DNA from: Pseudomonadota bacterium
Lineage (GTDB): Bacteria > Pseudomonadota > Gammaproteobacteria > Steroidobacterales > MnTg04
Assembly: GCA_022572885.1 (NCBI GenBank)
Contig: JACZVC010000003.1
Span: 70,223-134,222 of the forward strand
Length of the DNA stretch: 64,000 nucleotides
Direction: 5' to 3'
Both the position numbers and the translations under genes were made by a program. Positions within the stretch are counted from its first letter, which is position 1, and every line of letters begins with the position of its first letter. Positions 37,807 to 47,592 of the stretch are shown here, one piece after another. The notes below the pieces were generated by a model, which searched no databases, was not told the DNA's origin, and saw nothing but the letters and a program-made list of their open reading frames with translations.

Positions 37807-39813
37807 ATGAATCGCAGGTTTCCAATGTTCAAGGTTTTTGCCGGTTTTCTTATTGTAGCGGTACTGACCACAACCACGGCATCTTCGGCAAACCTTATCG
37901 CTACCGCAGATCTGTTCAAACCCAGCGAGTTCAGCAATGTCCGCATGTCGCCGGACGGGATGTTCATCGCCGCCATCGCCCGAACACCCGCGCAGCCTGA
38001 CGGGCAAAATCTGATCGTCATGGATCTCAGCGATCGTTCCGTCAAGGTGCTGACCGGTTACCCGGAGGATGAGGTCACCCGGTTCTTGTGGGTCACTGAC
38101 GAACGGTTGGTATTCAGGATTAACCGGGACTACGAATCGCGCAGCAAGAGCGCGGAATATCTCGGTACCTATGCGATCAATCGTGATGGGTCTCGTGGCA
38201 GGCAGATTCATGAACCGTTTGAAGGCGACCGACGTGGCGGTCGCAGCATCGGCGGCGCCGGCACGGGCCGTATCGGCGGTATCCGGGAGGATTTTCGAAT
38301 CCTGGATATCTGGTGGTCAAACCCGGAATATATTTTGGTCCAGAAAATCAACCAGCGCTTTCGTTTTCCCGACGTATACAAAGTCAATATGAATACCGGT
38401 CACATGAGGAAGCTGACGATCAACGACAACGACATCATAAGCTGGCATGTCGATTACCAAGGACGGCCGCGAGTCGGTTACAGCACCGGGTCCGATCGCG
38501 ATGACCAGGTTTACGACATTCTATACAGGTCGGAAAACAGCAAAGAATGGAAAAGTATCGTAAGCGGCACTGTAGGCGACTTTAGCATCCATGGTTTCGA
38601 TCAGGACAACCGGCATATTTTCCTGTCGTCGAGAAATGGCGGGGACCGGATGAAGTTATACCGTGTCGATGGTGAAACCGGTGAGCTGGGTAAACCCCTG
38701 ATCAGCGATCCCGTTTATGACGTGAATGGCGTGTTGGCCCAGACCCGTGCCGGCAAGCCGCTGTTCTTCCGCTACCATACCGACAAACCCAGGACCTTGT
38801 TTTTCGAGCAGGACTGGGCGGATCGGCAGTCGGTTATCGATGGGGCCTTGCCGGATGCGGTCAATTATATTTATGACTGGGACGATGACGAGACCCGTTT
38901 CCTGATCTACTCCTGGAGCGACCGGCAGGTCGGCGATTATTACCTGCTCGATGAGAAAGCGGGCAAGCTCAGTTTTATTTTGTCGCGCGCTGCCTGGCTG
39001 GACAAAGACGATATGGCGCCGATGCTGCCCATTTCCTTTGCCGCGCGCGACGGACTGAACATTCACGGTTACCTGACCTTGCCGATCAATTCCGGGGAGG
39101 GCCCTTTCCCGCTGATCCTGAATCCGCATGGCGGGCCATACGGAATTCGCGACCGCTGGGGCTTTAACCGGGAAATCCAATACCTGGCCAATCGTGGCTA
39201 TGCCGTGCTGCAGGTGAATTATCGAGGATCAGGCGGCTATGGCGCCAGTTTCCAACGCGACGCCCACAAACGCTGGGGGCTGGAGATGCAGGACGACCTG
39301 ACAGATGCCGTGCTGTGGGCGATCGACCAAGGTTACACAAAACACGGCAAAGTCTGCATTTATGGCGCCAGTTACGGCGGTTACGCGACACTGATGGGTC
39401 TGGTCAAGACGCCGGAGCTTTTTAGTTGTGGGATCAACTACGTCGGTGTATCGGATCTGGGCAGACTGTACGTGGCCATAAAAAAGAAATTTTCGGTCAC
39501 CGGTCAGGATAGCCGGGTGGACTGGTTCCACTGGGCGATTGGAGACCCGAACAAGGACAAGGAGCGATTCTACGAAACGTCCCCGATCAACCACGTGGAC
39601 AAAATCCAGGCTCCATTGCTGATCGTACATGGCGTGTTCGATCCGATCGTACCGGTAGAGCACGCCCGACGCCTGGCCGGCAAGTTGAAGTCAGCGGGCA
39701 AGGAATTCGAGTATCAGGAAAAACGCTACGAAGCGCATGGCTTTCACACGCCCGCTAACCAGGTTGATTTGTATGAAATGATCAATAAATTTCTGGAAAA
39801 AAATCTAAAATAG
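37807..39813 (+). CDS. S9-family serine peptidase (prolyl oligopeptidase / dipeptidyl aminopeptidase-like), secreted
   Basis: 668 aa with a signal peptide, a beta-propeller-like N-terminal part, and a C-terminal alpha/beta hydrolase domain with the GASYGGY nucleophile elbow. Confidence 0.85.
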   Translation: MNRRFPMFKVFAGFLIVAVLTTTTASSANLIATADLFKPSEFSNVRMSPDGMFIAAIARTPAQPDGQNLIVMDLSDRSVKVLTGYPEDEVTRFLWVTDERLVFRINRDYESRSKSAEYLGTYAINRDGSRGRQIHEPFEGDRRGGRSIGGAGTGRIGGIREDFRILDIWWSNPEYILVQKINQRFRFPDVYKVNMNTGHMRKLTINDNDIISWHVDYQGRPRVGYSTGSDRDDQVYDILYRSENSKEWKSIVSGTVGDFSIHGFDQDNRHIFLSSRNGGDRMKLYRVDGETGELGKPLISDPVYDVNGVLAQTRAGKPLFFRYHTDKPRTLFFEQDWADRQSVIDGALPDAVNYIYDWDDDETRFLIYSWSDRQVGDYYLLDEKAGKLSFILSRAAWLDKDDMAPMLPISFAARDGLNIHGYLTLPINSGEGPFPLILNPHGGPYGIRDRWGFNREIQYLANRGYAVLQVNYRGSGGYGASFQRDAHKRWGLEMQDDLTDAVLWAIDQGYTKHGKVCIYGASYGGYATLMGLVKTPELFSCGINYVGVSDLGRLYVAIKKKFSVTGQDSRVDWFHWAIGDPNKDKERFYETSPINHVDKIQAPLLIVHGVFDPIVPVEHARRLAGKLKSAGKEFEYQEKRYEAHGFHTPANQVDLYEMINKFLEKNLK

Positions 39814-39841
39814 CCTGGCTGCAACTACGTCGCAAATTAAA

Positions 39842-39868
39842 ACGGGGGCCAGTGGCCCCCGTTTTTTT
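39842..39868 (+). terminator. rho-independent terminator between convergent S9 peptidase and POT genes
   Basis: ACGGGGGCC-AGT-GGCCCCCGT followed by TTTTTTT. Confidence 0.8.
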
Positions 39869-39883
39869 ACCCACATCTGTAGC

Positions 39884-41347
39884 TCAGAGATGGTCTTCGC
39901 TAATCCCTTCATGGGTTCCGGTGACAGCGATTTCCTCCTCGATAATGGTTTCCTTGACATGCCCTTCGGCGCCGTGCATCCAGTGCACCAGCTTGTCGGC
40001 AATCAGGAACAACAGCCCACCGAAGACAGCGGCCGTGATGGCGATTCCGCCAAAAATAGAAATGGCGTTGTTGACCATTTCCGACTCGTCGCCATGGCCG
40101 ATAAACGAGCCAATAAAGCCGGCAACGTAGTTGGCCAGACCGGTAAAGCCGAACCAGACCCCCATCATCAGCGACAACAACCGTAGCGGGGCCAGCTTGG
40201 TCACCATCGAAAGGCCGATCGGTGACAGGCAAAGTTCGCCCATGGTGTGGAAGAAATAAGCGCCAACCAGCCAGATCATGCTGGTCTTGGCGTTGACATC
40301 GCCACCGAGCTGAAGCGTGGCGCCGACCATGAACAGGAACCCGATCGCCAGCAGCACCAGCCCCATCGCAAACTTGGTTGGCGATGTGGGTTCGGCAGCC
40401 CCCATTTTCAGCCACATCAGCGCGAACAGCGGTGCAAACACCACGATAAAGAGCGGGTTCAAGGACTGGAACCAGGTTGTCGGCACCGTGAATGAACCGA
40501 TGACCCGGTCGGTAAACTGGTTCGCGTAGATATTCATCAGACCGCCGGCCTGTTCAAATCCCGCCCAGAAAATGATCGTGAACACGCCCAGGATCATGAT
40601 GACCTTGATCCGGTCAAACTCCACCTTGGTCAGTGGCTGTTTGACCTTCGGACCAACCTGGTCCGCCATGGCCTGTTTGGCGGATGGCACCACCCCGACC
40701 TCGCCCAGCAGTTTGCGCGCAAAAACCAACTGGACCACCAGCGACATCACCATGCCGATGCCGGCGCAGACGAAACCCACCTGCCAGTTGCCGCCATATA
40801 GCGCAACAACCGAGCCAACCACGATACCGGACAGGAATGCACCGATATTGATGCCCATATAAAAAATAGTGAAGGCGCCGTCACGGCGATGATCGCCTTG
40901 CTCGTAGAGGTCGCCAACCATGGTCGAGATATTGGGCTTGAATAGTCCGTTACCGCACATCAGCAATGCCAGGCCCAGGTAAAAGGCCTGGGTTTCCATG
41001 CCCGGAATCCAGGCATGCGGTGTGCCCAGCATGAATTGCCCAGCCGCCATCAGTGTGCCGCCGATGATGATGGCCTTGCGCTGGCCCAGAACATTGTCGG
41101 CCAGCCAGCCGCCCAGCAACGGCGTGATATAAACCAGGCCGGTAAACCAGCCATACAGTTTCAATGCATCCGCATTGGTCCACCCAAGACCAAAACCACC
41201 GTAGTCGCTGGTCTTGTCCACGAGGTACAAGACCAGGATGGCTCGCATCGCGTAATAACTGAATCTCTCCCAGAGTTCGGTGCCGAAAAGCAGGTACAGT
41301 CCTTTCGGGTGCCCGAATATAGTGCCCGTATCAGGTGCTTTTACCAT
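39884..41347 (-). CDS. POT/PTR2-family proton-dependent di/tripeptide transporter
   Basis: 487 aa. GHPKGLYLLFGTELWERFSYYAMRAILVLYL is the PTR2 signature region. Confidence 0.9.
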   Translation of the reverse strand: MVKAPDTGTIFGHPKGLYLLFGTELWERFSYYAMRAILVLYLVDKTSDYGGFGLGWTNADALKLYGWFTGLVYITPLLGGWLADNVLGQRKAIIIGGTLMAAGQFMLGTPHAWIPGMETQAFYLGLALLMCGNGLFKPNISTMVGDLYEQGDHRRDGAFTIFYMGINIGAFLSGIVVGSVVALYGGNWQVGFVCAGIGMVMSLVVQLVFARKLLGEVGVVPSAKQAMADQVGPKVKQPLTKVEFDRIKVIMILGVFTIIFWAGFEQAGGLMNIYANQFTDRVIGSFTVPTTWFQSLNPLFIVVFAPLFALMWLKMGAAEPTSPTKFAMGLVLLAIGFLFMVGATLQLGGDVNAKTSMIWLVGAYFFHTMGELCLSPIGLSMVTKLAPLRLLSLMMGVWFGFTGLANYVAGFIGSFIGHGDESEMVNNAISIFGGIAITAAVFGGLLFLIADKLVHWMHGAEGHVKETIIEEEIAVTGTHEGISEDHL

Positions 41348-41682
41348 GCCCTGTTATCCTTTATGTTATTGATAAAACGATGCCGGTAGCCTGTTGCCTG
41401 AACGGACACTGTCTACCGGCCACAAAGCGGTCATTATAGCCACCGGAAACGCGTTTTCGGCAGCAGACCACCATATTTTTCGGTTTCTGCCGGCAAATCC
41501 GGGTTCCAGCCCAACTCCATGGGGTATGGATAGAAAAAAAGGCCTTTCGTTCCGCCTTTATGCCGGATTCACATACCTGTTTCAACGTTTTCTGCGACGC
41601 AACAACCGCCGGTGGCAAGCCCGAGCTGTTTCGCCTAAACTTGGCGGCCGCTGAAATCGGATAAAACACCAAGAGGATTTTC

Positions 41683-43509
41683 ATGACAAACCCCATCAAG
41701 CGAATTTCAATCTTTTTTGCAGCCGTGGCGCTGGCCGCCTGTTCCGGCGGGCAGTCGAACCAGAGTGCCAACGAAATCGCGGCAACGACACTGACGGCGG
41801 CAGAATTCATCGACAAGGTCAACCGGGAAACGGCCGAGCTGAACAAGGAAAGCGGCGCTGCATATTGGGTGAACGCGACCTACATAACTTACGATACCAG
41901 TCTGCTGGCCGCAAAGGCTACGGAGAAAAGGCTGGATTATCAGAGCCGAATTGTCGAGGAATCCAAAAAATACGCTGGCGCCGATATGGATGCCGGCACT
42001 GCTCGCCAGATGAAGCTGATCACGGCAGGAACGACGTTGCCCGCGCCTTCGAACAAGCAAGATCAGGCCGAACTGGCAAAAATAACCACCGAGATGGGCG
42101 ATCTGTATGGCTCCGCCAAGTACTGTCGCGAAGATGGCGAATGCCTGGCTGAAACCGATCTGATCAGGATCATGGCGGAGAGCCGCGATCCCGCTGAATT
42201 ACTGGAAGTCTGGACCGGCTGGCGGACCATTTCTCCACCCTTGCGCGGCATGTATCAGCGCTTTGCCGAACTCGGCAACGATGGCGCCCGCGAAATGGGT
42301 TACGAAAACCTCGGCGACCTTTGGCGCGGCGGTTATGACATGGAATCCGAAGCGTTTGCTGCGGAAATCGAGCGTCTGTGGAGCCAGGTGGAACCTTTAT
42401 ATAACGAGTTGCATTGTTACACCCGCGGCAAATTGTCGGAAAAATACGGCAGCGACGTCGTTTCGGCCGATGGCCCAATTCCGGCCCACCTCCTCGGTAA
42501 TATGTGGGCGCAACAGTGGGGCAATATTTACGACCTGGTCGAGCCGTTTCCCGGTGTAGGCCAATTCGATGTCGATGCCGCACTGGTTGAGCAGGACTGG
42601 AGCCCGGAGAAAATGACCAAGACGGCGGAAAACTTTTTCGTCTCGATGGGCATGCCGGAGCTACCGGACACATTCTGGGAGCGTTCGCTGCTGACCAAGC
42701 CGAGAGACCGGGACGTTGTCTGCCATGCCAGCGCATGGCCGCTGGATAATGGCAACGATGTGCGCATCAAACAGTGTGTAGAGCAGACCGAAGACTCGCT
42801 GGTCACGCTACATCACGAGCTGGGCCACATTTACTATTTCATGATGTACAAGGGCCAGCCCATCCTTTTTCAGGCCGGCGCCAACGATGGTTTTCACGAG
42901 GGCATAGGCGACACGCTGCAACTGTCGATGACGCCTGGATATCTCAGGAAGCTGGGCCTGGTCGGTGAAACCGAGAACGGCGACGAAGCGATGATCAATC
43001 AGTTGATGAAGCTGGCGCTGGACAAGATCGCATTCCTGCCATTCGGCAAACTGATCGACCAGTGGCGCTGGAAAGTGTTTTCCGGCGAAATCACTCCGGA
43101 TAATTACAACCAGGCCTGGTGGGATTTGCGCACGCAATACCAGGGTATCGTGCCGCCGGTCGAGCGCAGCGAGGCGGACTTTGATCCGGGCGCCAAGTAC
43201 CACATTCCGGGAAACACCCCGTACACGCGCTATTTCCTGGCGCACATCCTGCAGTTTCAGTTTCACCGCGCGTTGTGCGATGCCGCCAGCATCGAAGGCC
43301 CGCTTTACAACTGCTCGATTTACAACAGCAAGGCGGCGGGTGAACGCCTGATGACGATGCTGGAGATGGGCGCCAGCAAACCATGGCCGGATGCGCTTGA
43401 GAAAATCACCGGCACGCGGCAATTGGATGCCAGTGCAATTATCGATTATTTCGCGCCATTGATGGATTGGTTAAAGGTGCGAAACGAGGGACAGACCTGC
43501 GGCTGGTAG
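41683..43509 (+). CDS. M2-family metallopeptidase (angiotensin-converting-enzyme-like peptidyl-dipeptidase), lipoprotein signal
   Basis: 608 aa with HHELGHIYYF (HExxH), a downstream HEGIGD, and the N-terminal lipobox LAAC. Confidence 0.85.
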   Translation: MTNPIKRISIFFAAVALAACSGGQSNQSANEIAATTLTAAEFIDKVNRETAELNKESGAAYWVNATYITYDTSLLAAKATEKRLDYQSRIVEESKKYAGADMDAGTARQMKLITAGTTLPAPSNKQDQAELAKITTEMGDLYGSAKYCREDGECLAETDLIRIMAESRDPAELLEVWTGWRTISPPLRGMYQRFAELGNDGAREMGYENLGDLWRGGYDMESEAFAAEIERLWSQVEPLYNELHCYTRGKLSEKYGSDVVSADGPIPAHLLGNMWAQQWGNIYDLVEPFPGVGQFDVDAALVEQDWSPEKMTKTAENFFVSMGMPELPDTFWERSLLTKPRDRDVVCHASAWPLDNGNDVRIKQCVEQTEDSLVTLHHELGHIYYFMMYKGQPILFQAGANDGFHEGIGDTLQLSMTPGYLRKLGLVGETENGDEAMINQLMKLALDKIAFLPFGKLIDQWRWKVFSGEITPDNYNQAWWDLRTQYQGIVPPVERSEADFDPGAKYHIPGNTPYTRYFLAHILQFQFHRALCDAASIEGPLYNCSIYNSKAAGERLMTMLEMGASKPWPDALEKITGTRQLDASAIIDYFAPLMDWLKVRNEGQTCGW

Positions 43510-43537
43510 CTCAGCTCAGGCACAGGCCAAATAAGAA

Positions 43538-43568
43538 GGGGTCGGACCCTGAGGCCCGACCCCTTTTT
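43538..43568 (+). terminator. rho-independent terminator after the M2 peptidase gene
   Basis: GGGGTCGG (43538-45) pairs with CCGACCCC (43556-63), followed by TTTTT. Confidence 0.7.
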
Positions 43569-44399
43569 CTACGTCTGGTCCGCGTAGCAAACCAGCGTTT
43601 CGCCAATAAACTCACAGGTGGTTGGCGTTCCCGGGAATTGTTCCAGCGGGATACCTAGCAAATTGAGCCGCCCCAAAAACGTTCTCAGCGAGTCATCGTA
43701 ACGGAAATTGCCCCTATAGCCTTGCAGGTCTTCGATAGTATCCGGCAAGCCGTTCCCCTCCGGTCCGATAGCGGTGTCTTCCGTATAGCGCAATTCCAGT
43801 CGTATGCCATCCAGACTGAACTCCAGTTCGAATCGCGCCACGTGAAACACAGCCTCCGAGCCATCCGGAAAGATAATCCTGATATCGGCAGTAAACCGCG
43901 TAAGAAAATGCTCGCCCAGGAAATAGGAAAACACCAGTACGCGGGTCGACAGGAAATCATTGTTGAGCCAATCCTGTACCGCCAACTGCGCCTGGATGTT
44001 CTGATAAATATCGGCTGCGCTTCTGACCACGAAGTTATTGGGTAACCGGCGTGCGACGAGGCTGATTTTCTGAATTTCATCGAATGCCGCGAGGTCTGCC
44101 TCAAAGGTCTGCAGCTCCGTCGTTGTAGGCGTCCGGCTCTTCGCGTGCTTGTACAGCATGCCTTCGCTGTATTCCTTCATGACCCGGTACTTCGCCAGTC
44201 TGCGGTTCACCCTGTCGACCAGGTAAACATTGACCGTGACATTAGGGCCATTGTTGGGCACCTGCTGGAGCGCCTGTCGCTTATACTGGGCCCAGCTACA
44301 GCCGTGACAACTTGTAACGATGTCGTTGTCCGTTATCGCCATCGAAGTCGCTGACCACATTAGCCCGATCAGCAGGGGCATGAATTTTCCTGCACGCAT
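43569..44399 (-). CDS. secreted hypothetical protein with N-terminal CxxC
   Basis: 276 aa. It has a signal peptide (MPLLIGLMWSATSMA), a SCHGCSW motif, and two further Cys residues near the C-terminus. No family recognised. Confidence 0.6.
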   Translation of the reverse strand: MRAGKFMPLLIGLMWSATSMAITDNDIVTSCHGCSWAQYKRQALQQVPNNGPNVTVNVYLVDRVNRRLAKYRVMKEYSEGMLYKHAKSRTPTTTELQTFEADLAAFDEIQKISLVARRLPNNFVVRSAADIYQNIQAQLAVQDWLNNDFLSTRVLVFSYFLGEHFLTRFTADIRIIFPDGSEAVFHVARFELEFSLDGIRLELRYTEDTAIGPEGNGLPDTIEDLQGYRGNFRYDDSLRTFLGRLNLLGIPLEQFPGTPTTCEFIGETLVCYADQT

Positions 44400-44667
44400 G
44401 TCTCATCCCTCCATGGATTCGGTGAACAGCAATATGCTGATCACTGCATACAGGCTAGTGAACGGGCCTGGCCAACGGCCAGTGGATTAAGTCGTTACTC
44501 GAGCCGGTTATTCGAAAAAAAAAGGCGCTGACCCGGATGGCAGCAAGGCGGGCTAAGAAATAATCGTTGCTATCTGCATGAGGTTTCGAAGACCGGGTAT
44601 TTCTGCTGCCAGCCAGGCATGGGTAACAGCGGCCGATCGGGATCTGAAGCCTGAGCGGCGGGGTATA

Positions 44668-45993
44668 TCAGTCCGCCAAAGCCTGACGGAGATTTTCCTG
44701 ACGAACCCGCTCGCTGGTGATGTGGCTTATCCACTGCGCTGCCATACGGCTGCTTCGATTATCCCGGCGAGCGAGGCGGAATGCGTCGATCGCCTGCGAG
44801 TATCGATCGACGTTGTAGAGGGCCATGCCAAGCAGAATATTGGCCTGATCGTTTCGTTTCAGCCCGCCTTTTCTTATGCCTGCGCGCGCGGAGTCAATCG
44901 ATGCTCGCCATTGCCTGAGGTTGAAGTAGGCATTGGCCAGCCGCACATCCAGTTCGCCGTCATCCGACAATTTGGCTGCATTCACAAGCGCCGGAATCGC
45001 TTTCCCGTCTTCCTGGGCCATGGTCCAGGATTGGGCAGCGAGACGGTAATTGCGCGCGTTCTTCTCGATCAAACCGTCTTTGAAGCCTTTTTCCAGGACT
45101 TTGCCGGCCTTGTAAGGCACAGCGGATTGCAGGTAAAGCTGCGCCATCGTGACGTACTCGCGGCTGGTTTTCAGCAGGCCCTGTATATAGACCATTTCGT
45201 AGGCGGTTAACTGCCTTTGTTCGTCGCCGCGCTCGCCGTAAATCCCGGACAACTGGATCCAGTAATCTCTCTTGGGATTCAGAGCCAGCAACTGCTTGAG
45301 AATCTGCTCGACCTTGACCAGGTCACCGAGCTCAAAATAGAAAACGCGCAACAACAACAGCCAGTTTTCCTTGGGCGGCTTTCCCTTCGCGACGTTGATG
45401 CTGATGGCTTTTTCCACGGGCACGATCGCCTCGCGGTACTTGTTTTGCTGATACAAAGCCTGCCCCAGCAGCACATAGGGTTGGGGGCCCGGGTTGTCGG
45501 CGATTGCAAACCATTTGCGTAGCTGGAGCTCCGCTCTCAGATAATCTTCCTGGGTAAAATACAGCTGGGCCACGGTATAAATCGTCGAGGTTTCCATGCC
45601 CAGCGGCAAATCCGGTTGTGCAAGAACCTTTTCATAATCCCGAACCGCCTGCGCATAGTTCTCCTGCGAGAAATGAATAAAGCCGTAGAAATTGTACATC
45701 TGGGCCAACTCATAGCTGTTCAGATTCTTCTGCCGGCTAAGGCTGTCCAGCGCCCGCAACGCACCGACAAAATCGTCGGCCTCCGCCAACTCCCTGGATT
45801 CCGACAGCTTCTTGTAAGTTTTTTCGCGCATCGCCGGCGTTTTGCGCGTCTTGCGTTCCTTTCGCCCCCCGGCTTCCTGGGCGTGGCTCATGGACGCCAG
45901 CGCTCCTGGCGCATTACCGGGCAACAACGCCGGAAGCATCAACAAAGAAACAGCAAGAACGACAACGACAGTCAGTTTGCCCGCACCGGTCAT
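44668..45993 (-). CDS. TPR-repeat protein of the TonB2-type cluster (TtpD-like)
   Basis: 441 aa with a signal peptide and multiple TPR-like repeats. Last gene of the exbB-exbD-tonB operon. Confidence 0.75.
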   Translation of the reverse strand: MTGAGKLTVVVVLAVSLLMLPALLPGNAPGALASMSHAQEAGGRKERKTRKTPAMREKTYKKLSESRELAEADDFVGALRALDSLSRQKNLNSYELAQMYNFYGFIHFSQENYAQAVRDYEKVLAQPDLPLGMETSTIYTVAQLYFTQEDYLRAELQLRKWFAIADNPGPQPYVLLGQALYQQNKYREAIVPVEKAISINVAKGKPPKENWLLLLRVFYFELGDLVKVEQILKQLLALNPKRDYWIQLSGIYGERGDEQRQLTAYEMVYIQGLLKTSREYVTMAQLYLQSAVPYKAGKVLEKGFKDGLIEKNARNYRLAAQSWTMAQEDGKAIPALVNAAKLSDDGELDVRLANAYFNLRQWRASIDSARAGIRKGGLKRNDQANILLGMALYNVDRYSQAIDAFRLARRDNRSSRMAAQWISHITSERVRQENLRQALAD

Positions 45994-46601
45994 CAGGAAT
46001 CTTCAAGCACAAAAGTTATTTTGTTTTGCACGCCAGCTACCTCGATGGGGTCCCCATCGACAATGCGCGGCTTGTATTTGAACCTGAGCACCGCTTTGAG
46101 CGCCGCATTTTCGAACAGTGAACTGGTCGATTCCACGATGAACGGATCACGAACAGATCCAGTCTTGGTGACTGTAAACTCCACTATAACGTAGCCTTCC
46201 AGGCCTCGCGATAATGCCCGCCGCGGGTAAATCGGCGCCACCTTGACGATAGGCAGGTAATCGCCATCGGAGATAGCGAGACCAAAGCCGCCGATGGACA
46301 TATCGGCTGAAACCGACACCGGCGCAACACCTATCGTCTGCACATTCGGATCCACTGCGTCCTGCTGGGGCTGCAGCATATCCGGCGGCGGCTCTTGCGG
46401 CTTCGGTGGTTTTTCCGGTTTTTGCTGCTTGCGCTGAACCATTTCCTGTCTTTCGGTACGCACGAAATCCAGAAACCTGACTTCCCTGTCATCGGTCAGG
46501 GCCGATTCGCCGCTGGCGATCAGAGCCTGCATGGTAAACAGCAGGCCGCCGGTGATCACCGCCGCCAGAACAACCGCCATGGCATACCTTGGTTTAACCA
46601 T
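45993..46601 (-). CDS. tonB: TonB-family energy transducer
   Basis: N-terminal TM segment, a Pro-rich spacer (KPEKPPKPQEPPPD), and the C-terminal TonB domain (YPRRALSRGLEGYVIVEFTV). Start taken at MVKPRY. Confidence 0.85.
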   Translation of the reverse strand: MVKPRYAMAVVLAAVITGGLLFTMQALIASGESALTDDREVRFLDFVRTERQEMVQRKQQKPEKPPKPQEPPPDMLQPQQDAVDPNVQTIGVAPVSVSADMSIGGFGLAISDGDYLPIVKVAPIYPRRALSRGLEGYVIVEFTVTKTGSVRDPFIVESTSSLFENAALKAVLRFKYKPRIVDGDPIEVAGVQNKITFVLEDS

Positions 46602-46602
46602 C

Positions 46603-47010
46603 TCAGTTTTGCGCTGCAATCGCCACGTTATCGACACCGGCCAGGCGGGCGGCATCCATAACCTGGATCAGCACTTCCGTCGTGGATTTCTTGTCCGCCT
46701 GGATGACCACGGTACCTTGCGGGTTTTCCGCGTGCATACGCTCGACAATTGCCCGCACGGCCCGCGGATCCACAAGATGCCGGTCGATCCAGATCTCACC
46801 TCTTTCGGTGATTGCGATCAGGATGTTGGCTTTGTCCTGGGAGACGGCAGTCTGCGCATCCGGCTTGTTTACATCGATACCGGCTTCCTTGATAAAGGAC
46901 GAAGTCACGATAAAGAAGATCAGCATGATGAACACGACATCCAGCATGGGCGTAATATTGATCTCGTTTTCTTCTTCTTCCGGGTTGCTCTCAGAGAACA
47001 GTTGTCTCAT
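46603..47010 (-). CDS. exbD: ExbD/TolR biopolymer transport protein
   Basis: 135 aa with INITPMLDVVFIMLIFFIV. Confidence 0.9.
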   Translation of the reverse strand: MRQLFSESNPEEEENEINITPMLDVVFIMLIFFIVTSSFIKEAGIDVNKPDAQTAVSQDKANILIAITERGEIWIDRHLVDPRAVRAIVERMHAENPQGTVVIQADKKSTTEVLIQVMDAARLAGVDNVAIAAQN

Positions 47011-47021
47011 CTGTTTTCCCC

Positions 47022-47549
47022 CTAATGGTCCGTGGTCATGGAATCGCGAAAAATCTCCAGTTCACGGGCGGATTTTCTGTTCAGCCAGGTGCTGGCAAAC
47101 ACGCCTGACAGCGCGCCCACCATTCCGGCCATCGTCGGCACCGTCGCCAGGGACACGCCGGCCGCCATCGAACGCGCATTGGATGTCCCCTCAGCCGCCA
47201 TGACGTCGAACACTTGAATCATGCCGGTCACCGTGCCCAGCAAGCCGAGCAGCGGGCAAAGCGAGACCAGCGTCTTGATCATCGGCAGGAACTGCTCGGC
47301 GCGCTCCCGCATGCGCGAAAGCATCGCATCCCGGATCTGGTGCGCTTCCCAGGAGCGCCGCTCGGGCCTGGATTCCCAGACCTGGATAGCGTCCCGAATC
47401 TGTTGCCTGAGATCCTTGGAGAAGTACAGCATCCGCTCGATTATCAGGATCCACATGATAAACGTCACCCACGCGATCACTGTCAGTACGGTGCCGCCGA
47501 GTTCCATGAAATCGCGCGTGGCCTCATACATTTGTGTCAGTGCATACAT
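47022..47549 (-). CDS. exbB: MotA/TolQ/ExbB proton channel protein (small)
   Basis: 175 aa. The C-terminal LGLLGTVTGMI motif is present. Confidence 0.85.
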   Translation of the reverse strand: MYALTQMYEATRDFMELGGTVLTVIAWVTFIMWILIIERMLYFSKDLRQQIRDAIQVWESRPERRSWEAHQIRDAMLSRMRERAEQFLPMIKTLVSLCPLLGLLGTVTGMIQVFDVMAAEGTSNARSMAAGVSLATVPTMAGMVGALSGVFASTWLNRKSARELEIFRDSMTTDH

Positions 47550-47592
47550 GTTTCGATTCGGTCCTTAAGCCATGGTTCCCCTAGATATCACC

